Assembly: GCA_001788415.1 (NCBI GenBank)
Contig: MGBV01000099.1
Span: 34,430-68,270, forward strand
Length of the DNA stretch: 33,841 bases
Reading direction: 5' to 3'
Origin: Candidatus Rokubacteria bacterium GWC2_70_16
GTDB taxonomy: Bacteria; Methylomirabilota; Methylomirabilia; Rokubacteriales; CSP1-6
In this document: positions 27,269-33,841 of the stretch, one piece after another
Position numbering within the stretch: the stretch's first letter is position 1
Layout of the letters: every line of letters starts with the position of its first letter
The notes under the pieces: generated by a model
What the model was told of the DNA's origin: nothing
Databases searched by the model: none
Seen by the model: only the letters and a program-made list of their open reading frames with translations
Made by a program: the position numbers and the translations under genes

Positions 27269-27691
27269 TCACCCGGGGCGGCCGGCCCTCCTCGTGGCCT
27301 GGACATAGCGCATCTGCAGGTCGTAGAGGACATCCTCCAGGAAGCGGCTTTCCTGCTCGGTCCGGTTGCCCTCGGTCTTGGCTCGCAGCAGCAGCAGGGT
27401 TTCGATGGCCTCCTGCGCCTGCTCGAAGTCCACGCGCTGCGCTCCCGTCACCGGGTCCGGGGCGGCGCCGAGACCGATGAGGGCAGAGCTGGCAAACATG
27501 ACGAAGAGCCCGCTCAGATCGGCCTCCCCGGGCGGCTCCTCGCGCGGGCCGGGGCGCGGGGGCGGAGCCGACGCGGAGGGGGTCGGGCCTGGAGGCGGAG
27601 GTGGCGTCGGGGCCGGCCCGCGCCCCTCCGTGAACTCGCGTTCGAGGCCTCGCCGGTCCGTGACCTTGAAGCCCTCTTCCTCGGCGGTCAT
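27269..27691 (-). CDS. DUF1844-like protein
   Basis: FKVTDRR N-terminus, Pro-rich linker, A...LG...DP.TG, A...I..L.LL..KTEGN.T..E...L...LY.LQM.YV. Confidence 0.8.
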   Translation of the reverse strand: MTAEEEGFKVTDRRGLEREFTEGRGPAPTPPPPPGPTPSASAPPPRPGPREEPPGEADLSGLFVMFASSALIGLGAAPDPVTGAQRVDFEQAQEAIETLLLLRAKTEGNRTEQESRFLEDVLYDLQMRYVQATRRAGRPG

Positions 27692-27813
27692 TTCGATGGC
27701 TCTCCCGGGCCTGCGCCCGTGCTTTGGCCTGACCTGCCCCCAGCCGCGCTCTCCCGGAGGGCGAGGCGCGCGCGCAGCGCCGTCCGCCCGAACCTAACAC
27801 GTCCGTCGAACTC

Positions 27814-27843
27814 CTTACAAGGAGCGGCGCCCTTGTGTATAAT
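27814..27843 (+). promoter_or_regulatory. Putative sigma70-type promoter of the mazG-pil operon
   Basis: Perfect TATAAT at 27838-27843 in GC-rich DNA; CTTACA 18 nt upstream; 23 nt before the mazG ATG. Confidence 0.55.
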
Positions 27844-27866
27844 GCCGATCACCTCCAGGATCGTCC

Positions 27867-28691
27867 ATGGCTGACGCCGCCGGTGCCCTCTTCGAATCCC
27901 TGCTCTCCGTCATGACCCGCCTCAGGGCGGAAGGCGGCTGTCCCTGGGACCGCGAGCAGACGCGGGAGTCCCTCAAGCCGTACCTGATCGAGGAGGCCTA
28001 CGAGGCCCTCGAGGCCATCGACGAGGGCTCCCCCGAGCACATCATGGAGGAGCTCGGCGACGTTCTCTTCCAGGTGGTGTTCCACTGCCAGGTGGCGAGC
28101 GAGCAGGGCGAGTTCACCATGGCCCATCTGCTGGCACGGCTCCACGACAAGATGGTCCGCCGCCACCCGCACGTCTTCGGCGATGGCGCCGTGGCGAACG
28201 CCCAGGAGGCGCTGAGCCAGTGGGAGCGCATCAAGCGGGGCGAGGGCGGCAGCGAGGGCGGGCCCCGGTCAGCCCTGGAGGGCGTCCCGCGGAATCTCCC
28301 CGCGCTGCTCAGAGCCCAGCGGCTGCAGAGCAAGGCCGGGCGCCTCGGCTTCGACTGGCCGAGCTGGGAGGAGGCGTGGGCCAAGGTGCGCGAGGAAGTG
28401 GGGGAACTCGATCGCGCCGCGGCCGAGGGCAACGCCCAGCAGGTGCGTGAGGAGCTGGGCGACCTGCTCTTTTCCATGGTCAACGCGGCCCGGCTCCTCG
28501 GCGTCGACGCCGAGGACTGCCTGAGGCAGGCCGCCGAGAAGTTCACCCGTCGCTTCAAGGAGGTGGAGGCTGCGATGAGGGCCACGGACCGCACGGTGGG
28601 CGAGGCGTCACCGGAGCAGCTGGACCTGACGTGGGAAGCGGTGAAGTCCCGCGAGCTCGGGCGCGGGACGGGGTCCGGGGGCGCGCCATGA
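27867..28691 (+). CDS. mazG: Nucleoside triphosphate pyrophosphohydrolase MazG
   Basis: GCPWDREQT, EEAYE, EELGDVL, RRHPHVF, GFDW, second EELGDLLF. Confidence 0.95.
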   Translation: MADAAGALFESLLSVMTRLRAEGGCPWDREQTRESLKPYLIEEAYEALEAIDEGSPEHIMEELGDVLFQVVFHCQVASEQGEFTMAHLLARLHDKMVRRHPHVFGDGAVANAQEALSQWERIKRGEGGSEGGPRSALEGVPRNLPALLRAQRLQSKAGRLGFDWPSWEEAWAKVREEVGELDRAAAEGNAQQVREELGDLLFSMVNAARLLGVDAEDCLRQAAEKFTRRFKEVEAAMRATDRTVGEASPEQLDLTWEAVKSRELGRGTGSGGAP

Positions 28692-29224
28692 AGGTCAAGC
28701 TCGGATCCGCCACCGTCTCGGTCGCGCGCGGCGACATCACCGACGCCGAGGTCGACGCCATCGTCAACGCGGCCAATTCCCAGCTCTGGATGGGCGCCGG
28801 CGTCGCGGGGGCCATCAAGCGCAAGGGCGGCACGGTGATCGAGGAGGATGCCGTGAGGCAGGGCCCCATCGAGGTGGGGGAGGCTGTCCTCACCGTCGCC
28901 GGCAACCTGGCGGCCACGCACGTCATTCACGCGGCGACCATGGGGGGCGATCTCAGGACCGACCCGGAGAAGATCGCCGCGGCGACCAGGGCGAGCCTCG
29001 CCATCGCCGAGAAGCACCGGCTGTCGTCCATCGCCTTCCCGGCCCTCGGGAGCGGGGTCGGCGGGGTCCCGCCCGAGAAGTCGGCCCAGGCGATGGTGGC
29101 AGTTCTCGTGGAGCATCTCAAGGGGGGCAAGTCGAGTCTGCAGAAGGTCCTGTTCGTCCTCTACCAGGACGAGGCCCACAAGGCATTTACGGATGTGCTG
29201 AAAAAGGCGGGTGGAGTACAATGA
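28688..29224 (+). CDS. Macro-domain (ADP-ribose binding/hydrolase) protein
   Basis: GDIT..EVDAIVNAAN..L.MGAGVAGAI, VIHAA, SIAFPALGSGVGG; ATGA overlap with mazG. Confidence 0.93.
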   Translation: MKVKLGSATVSVARGDITDAEVDAIVNAANSQLWMGAGVAGAIKRKGGTVIEEDAVRQGPIEVGEAVLTVAGNLAATHVIHAATMGGDLRTDPEKIAAATRASLAIAEKHRLSSIAFPALGSGVGGVPPEKSAQAMVAVLVEHLKGGKSSLQKVLFVLYQDEAHKAFTDVLKKAGGVQ

Positions 29225-29257
29225 CCGGACCGGACCCCGAGAACGGGCCCGGACGCG

Positions 29258-30994
29258 ATGGCGGAACCGAAACTAGGGCAACCGGTTAGCCGACGTCTCG
29301 GGGACCTCCTGGTTCGCGAAGGGCTCATCAACCAGGAGCAGCTCCAGCGCGCCCTCGCCGAGCAGAAGGGGAGCAACGAGAAGCTCGGCTCCATCCTGGT
29401 CCGCCACAACGTCATCACCGACGACCAGCTGATCGCCTTCCTCTCCAAGCAGTACGGCATCCCCTCCATCACGCTGTCCCAGCTCGACATCGACGCCGAC
29501 GTCCTCAAGCTCGTTCCGGCCCCGATCGCCAAGAAATACGAGGTCCTCCCCATCAAGCGGGCGGGCAACTCCCTGACGCTGGCCATGGCCGACCCCACCA
29601 ACGTCTTCGCGGTGGACGACGTGGGGTTCATGACCAACCTCCAGGTCGTCCCGGTGGTCGCCTCGCAGGGGGCCATCCGCAAGGCCATCGACCGACTCTA
29701 CGAGGCGCAGGGCTCGGGGATGGCCGAGGTCATCTCGGAGATGGAGGGGAGCGCCGGCGACGTCGAGGTCGTCGAGGGCGACGAGGAGTCATGGGCGAAG
29801 GCCGACATCTTCGAGCTGAAGGAGTCGGCGGACGAGGCCCCGGTGGTGCGCCTCGTGAACATGATCCTGGTGGACGCCATCCGGCGCGGGGCGTCGGACA
29901 TCCACCTGGAGCCCTACGAGAAGGTCTTCCGCGTCCGCTTCCGCGTGGACGGGGTGCTCCACGAGATCATGACGCCGCCCAAGCGGCTCGAGGCAGCGCT
30001 CACCTCCCGCGTGAAGATCATGTCGAACCTGGACATCGCCGAGCGGCGGCTGCCCCAGGACGGGCGGATCAAGCTCCGGTACAGCCAGCGCGAGATCGAC
30101 TTCCGGGTCTCCACCCTGCCGACGATCTTCGGCGAGAAGACCGTCATGCGCATCCTGGACAAGGAGTCGCTCCAGCTGGACCTGACCATGCTCGGCTTCG
30201 ATCCCTGGAGCCTCGAACAGTTCACGAAGGCCATCCACCAGCCCTACGGCATGATCCTCATCACGGGGCCGACGGGCTCGGGCAAGACGACGACGCTGTA
30301 CTCGGCCATCCACAACATCAACTCCCCCGACGTCAACATCATGACGGCGGAGGACCCCGTCGAGTACAACCTCAAGGGCGTCAACCAGGTCCAGGTCAAT
30401 GAGGGGGTCGGGCGGACGTTCGCCGCGGCGCTGCGCTCCTTCCTGCGCCAGGACCCGGACATCATCCTCGTCGGCGAAACGCGCGACCTGGAGACGGCCC
30501 AGATCGGCATCCGCGCCGCCCTCACGGGCCATCTCGTCCTCTCCACGCTGCACACCAACGACTGCCCCTCCACCGTCGCCCGGCTCCTGGACATGGGCAT
30601 CCCGCCTTTCCTCGTCTCCTCGGCGCTGACGCTCATCCTGGCGCAGCGCCTCGGGCGCAAGATCTGCAAGGACTGCAAGCAGCCCTATGAGGCGGACGAG
30701 GAGAGCCTGACCCCCTACGGGCATGTGCCCCAGGGGCTCGGCAAGGTGCAGTTCCACAAGGGCAAGGGCTGCCACACCTGCAGCTTCACCGGCATGAAGG
30801 GGCGCGTGGCCGTCTACGAGGTGATGCCCGTCAGCGAGGAGCTGCGGGAGCTGATCCTGCGCAACGCGCCCAGCGCGGAGATCCGCGAGCTGGCCCTCTC
30901 CCAGGGCATGAAGACGCTCCGCCAGAACGCGCTGCAGAAGGTCCTTGACGGGGTGACCACTCTGGAGGAAGTGCTCCGGGTGACGCTGGCATGA
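29258..30994 (+). CDS. pilB: Type IV-A pilus assembly ATPase PilB with N-terminal MshEN domain
   Basis: RLGDLLVREGLI, ASDIHLEP, DIAERRLPQDG, GPTGSGKT, LRQDPD, CKDC/CHTC zinc motif. Confidence 0.95.
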   Translation: MAEPKLGQPVSRRLGDLLVREGLINQEQLQRALAEQKGSNEKLGSILVRHNVITDDQLIAFLSKQYGIPSITLSQLDIDADVLKLVPAPIAKKYEVLPIKRAGNSLTLAMADPTNVFAVDDVGFMTNLQVVPVVASQGAIRKAIDRLYEAQGSGMAEVISEMEGSAGDVEVVEGDEESWAKADIFELKESADEAPVVRLVNMILVDAIRRGASDIHLEPYEKVFRVRFRVDGVLHEIMTPPKRLEAALTSRVKIMSNLDIAERRLPQDGRIKLRYSQREIDFRVSTLPTIFGEKTVMRILDKESLQLDLTMLGFDPWSLEQFTKAIHQPYGMILITGPTGSGKTTTLYSAIHNINSPDVNIMTAEDPVEYNLKGVNQVQVNEGVGRTFAAALRSFLRQDPDIILVGETRDLETAQIGIRAALTGHLVLSTLHTNDCPSTVARLLDMGIPPFLVSSALTLILAQRLGRKICKDCKQPYEADEESLTPYGHVPQGLGKVQFHKGKGCHTCSFTGMKGRVAVYEVMPVSEELRELILRNAPSAEIRELALSQGMKTLRQNALQKVLDGVTTLEEVLRVTLA

Positions 30995-31029
30995 CCGGGC
31001 CCGACCCCACGCCGAACGCGAGGTAGCCC

Positions 31030-32154
31030 ATGGCCGCCACGATGCACGACCTCCTGAGCATCATGATCGAGCGGGGCGCCTCCGACGTGCACATCACGAC
31101 GGGCACCTATCCGCAGATCCGCCTGCACGGCAAGCTCACGCCGCTCAACCAGTTCGAGGTGCTGATGCCCCAGGACACCCAGCGGTTGGCCTACAGCGTC
31201 CTCAACGAGGGGCAGAAGCAGAAGTTCGAGGAGGAGAACGAGCTGGACCTCTCGTTCGGGATCCAGGGGCTCGCGCGCTTCCGGTGCAACGTCTACCGGC
31301 AGCGTGGCGCCGTCGCCGCGGCCATCCGCGTCATCCCGTTCAAGATCCGGACGTTCGCGGAGCTCGCGCTGCCGCCCATCGTCGAGCAGCTGGCGGACCG
31401 GCCCAAGGGCCTGATCCTGGTCACGGGCCCCACGGGCTCCGGCAAGTCCACGACGCTGGCGGCCATGGTCGACAAGATCAACTCCGAGCGCAGCGAGCAC
31501 ATCATGACGATCGAGGACCCCATCGAGTTCGTCCACCAGCACAAGAAGTGTCTGGTGAACCAGCGGGAGGTGTTCTCGGACACGCAGTCGTTCAAGAACG
31601 CCCTGAAGTCGATCCTGCGCCAGGACCCGGACGTCGTCCTCGTCGGCGAGATGCGCGACCTCGAGACCATCGCCGCGGCGCTCACGATCGCCGAGACGGG
31701 CCACCTGACCCTCGGCACGCTGCACACCAACTCTTGCGCCCAGACCATGAACCGCGTCATCGACGTGTTCCCCACGAGCCAGCAGGGCCAGGTCCGCGCC
31801 CAGCTCTCCCTGGTGCTCGAGGGGGTGCTCTCCCAGCAGCTCATCCCCACGGCCGACGGGCGGGGGCGGGCCATGGCGCTGGAGATCATGGTCACGACCC
31901 CCGCCGTCCGCAACCTGATCCGGGAGGAGAAGATCCACCAGATCTACTCCGCGATGCAGGCGGGGCAGAAGTTCGGGATGCAGACGATGAACCAGTCCCT
32001 GGCGGAGCTGGTGCAGAAGCGGCGCATCAGCCGCGAGGAGGGCCTGAACCGGAGCACGATGCCCGAGGAGCTGGACCAGCTGCTCAAGGCCGGAGGCCTG
32101 GGGCCATCCGCGGCCGCGGCCACCGGCGGCGGCTCGCCCTTCGGGCGGCGCTGA
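31030..32154 (+). CDS. pilT: Twitching-motility retraction ATPase PilT
   Basis: GPTGSGKSTT, TIEDPIEF, GEMRD, AETGHL, AVRNLIRE. Confidence 0.96.
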   Translation: MAATMHDLLSIMIERGASDVHITTGTYPQIRLHGKLTPLNQFEVLMPQDTQRLAYSVLNEGQKQKFEEENELDLSFGIQGLARFRCNVYRQRGAVAAAIRVIPFKIRTFAELALPPIVEQLADRPKGLILVTGPTGSGKSTTLAAMVDKINSERSEHIMTIEDPIEFVHQHKKCLVNQREVFSDTQSFKNALKSILRQDPDVVLVGEMRDLETIAAALTIAETGHLTLGTLHTNSCAQTMNRVIDVFPTSQQGQVRAQLSLVLEGVLSQQLIPTADGRGRAMALEIMVTTPAVRNLIREEKIHQIYSAMQAGQKFGMQTMNQSLAELVQKRRISREEGLNRSTMPEELDQLLKAGGLGPSAAAATGGGSPFGRR

Positions 32155-32166
32155 GGAGAACCCACC

Positions 32167-33366
32167 ATGCCGGTCTTCACCTACACGGGGCGGGGAGCGC
32201 GGGGACTCAGCACCGGGGAGATCGAGGCCCCGGACCGGACGGCGGCGGTGGGAGAGCTGCGGAGCCGCGCCATCCTGGTCACGAAGATCGAGGAGAAGGC
32301 GGGCGGCAAGACGGTCGTCAAGTTCGGCGGCAAGGTCAAGGACCGCGAGATGGCGATCTTCACCCGGCAGTTCTCCACGATGATCGACGCCGGGCTGCCG
32401 CTGGTGCAGTGCCTGAACATCCTGGCCGAGCAGAGCGATTCCAAGACGCTGCGCGGCGTCACCGCCAACGTGGCCCGACACGTGGAGGCCGGCTCGACCC
32501 TGGCCGAGGCACTGCGGCGCCACCCGCGGACCTTCGACGATCTCTTCACCAACCTGGTCCAAGTGGGCGAGGCGGGCGGTATCCTCGACGTGGTGCTCCA
32601 GCGCCTCGCCGTGTACATCGAGAAGGCCGCCGCGCTCAAGCGGAAGGTGAAGGCGGCCATGGTCTATCCCTCGACGATCATCGGCGTGGCCTTCCTGATC
32701 GTCATCTTCATGCTCACCTTCGTGATCCCGACCTTCGCCACGATGTTCAAGAACCTCGGGGCGGACCTGCCGCTGCCCACGCAGATCGTCCTCTGGCTGT
32801 CGGACTTCGTGCGCGGCTACATCATCTTCATCATCCTCGGGGTGATGGGCGCGGTGTACCTGCTGCGACGGTACTACAGGACCGAGACCGGCAGGGCGAC
32901 CGTCGACGCGCTGCTGCTCAAGCTGCCGGTCTTCGGTGTCCTGATCCGCAAGGTCGCGGTCGCGCGCTTCACCCGGACCTTCGGGACCCTGGTGTCCTCG
33001 GGCGTCCCCATCCTCGAGGGCCTGCGCATCACCGCCCGGACCGCCGGCAACAAGGTGGTGGAGAAGGCGGTCATGCAGTGCCGCGCCGCGGTGACCGCCG
33101 GGAAGACCCTGGCCGAGCCGCTCAAGACCTCCGGCGTCTTCCCGCCCATGGTGACGCAGATGATCGCCGTGGGAGAGCAGACCGGCGCGCTGGACGCGAT
33201 GCTGAACAAGATCGCCGACTTCTACGATGACGAGGTGGACACGGCGGTCGGCGCCCTGACCGCGTTGCTGGAGCCGCTCATGATCGTCATCCTGGGCGTG
33301 ATCATCGGCGGTCTGGTCGTGGCCATGTACCTGCCGATCTTCCGCCTGGTCACGCTGATCAAGTAG
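32167..33366 (+). CDS. pilC: Type IV pilus inner-membrane platform protein PilC
   Basis: FTRQFSTMIDAGLPL, GEAGG.LD, AMVYP, GEQTG.LD.ML.KIADFY, AMYLPIF. Confidence 0.95.
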   Translation: MPVFTYTGRGARGLSTGEIEAPDRTAAVGELRSRAILVTKIEEKAGGKTVVKFGGKVKDREMAIFTRQFSTMIDAGLPLVQCLNILAEQSDSKTLRGVTANVARHVEAGSTLAEALRRHPRTFDDLFTNLVQVGEAGGILDVVLQRLAVYIEKAAALKRKVKAAMVYPSTIIGVAFLIVIFMLTFVIPTFATMFKNLGADLPLPTQIVLWLSDFVRGYIIFIILGVMGAVYLLRRYYRTETGRATVDALLLKLPVFGVLIRKVAVARFTRTFGTLVSSGVPILEGLRITARTAGNKVVEKAVMQCRAAVTAGKTLAEPLKTSGVFPPMVTQMIAVGEQTGALDAMLNKIADFYDDEVDTAVGALTALLEPLMIVILGVIIGGLVVAMYLPIFRLVTLIK

Positions 33367-33376
33367 CGCGGCCATC

Positions 33377-33841
33377 GTGGCTCACCCGGCAGGGCTGCTC
33401 CGGCCTTCCCTCCAGGGGCTCGGCTGGGCGCGGCTCGCGATGGCCGCGCTCGTGTTCGGCGCAGGCACCGCCCTCTGGTACGCCGACGCCCTGCCCTTCC
33501 AGTTCCCGCTCTTCCTCCTGGCCGCGGGGGGCAGCGCGCTCACCTCGCTGCCCCTGCTGCTGGGCCCGCTGCGGATCCCGGACCCCCGCCGCTTCGCCTG
33601 GCTCCAGCTCTCGCTGGACGTGGTCCTGGTCACGGCCATCGTGGCCACCAGCGGCGGCCCGCGGTCGCTCTTCACCTTCGTCTACGTGCTCCTGGTCATG
33701 GAGGGCTCCTTCCTCCTCTCGCGGGTCGGGGGCATGGTCGTGGCCGGACTGTCGAGCCTCCTCTACATCGGCCTCGTGCTCGGCAAGACGATCCTCCCGC
33801 TCGTCGACCTCATGGAGCCCACCGAGACCACGGCGCTGGAG
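33377..33841 (+). CDS. pilS: PilS-like sensor kinase, N-terminal membrane domain (runs off the window end)
   Basis: Open frame from GTG 33377 to the end: WARL..., QLSLDVVLVTAIVATSGGPRSLFTFVY; typical position after pilBTC; kinase domain not visible. Confidence 0.65.
   Translation, partial: MAHPAGLLRPSLQGLGWARLAMAALVFGAGTALWYADALPFQFPLFLLAAGGSALTSLPLLLGPLRIPDPRRFAWLQLSLDVVLVTAIVATSGGPRSLFTFVYVLLVMEGSFLLSRVGGMVVAGLSSLLYIGLVLGKTILPLVDLMEPTETTALE

Overview
High-GC bacterial window with three blocks. (1) 285-17729 (+) is a ~17.5 kb dissimilatory sulfur-metabolism operon: tusA, ferredoxin, dsrN, dsrE, [small secreted protein + pentaheme cytochrome c], dsrF, dsrH, dsrA1B1, dsrA2B2, dsrC, dsrT, dsrMKJOP, an Rrf2 regulator and split cysG siroheme synthesis genes. 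No dsrD or dsrL is present in the window. (2) 20323-26522 (-) is a heat-shock operon: hsp20 remnant, dnaK, dnaJ (HPD changed to SPD), hspR and lon, with a HAIR-like operator over a TTGACA box. (3) 27867-end (+) is mazG, a macro-domain gene and pilB-pilT-pilC-pilS. Four features stand out. The pentaheme cytochrome, split into two ORFs in the track, reads as one gene with an in-frame TGA (GHRIPDG-U-P) followed by a SECIS-like hairpin, i.e. an ExtKL-type multiheme selenoprotein. It lies in a lower-GC cassette between dsrE and dsrF. There are two tandem, diverged, basal-type dsrAB pairs whose DsrA carry an N-terminal CxxC-x31-CxxC domain. DsrB2 retains the DsrA-like Cys and Arg/Arg/Lys/Lys residue set. 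The gene content resembles that described for Ca. Rokubacteria (inference only). All calls are from motif reading; no searches were run.
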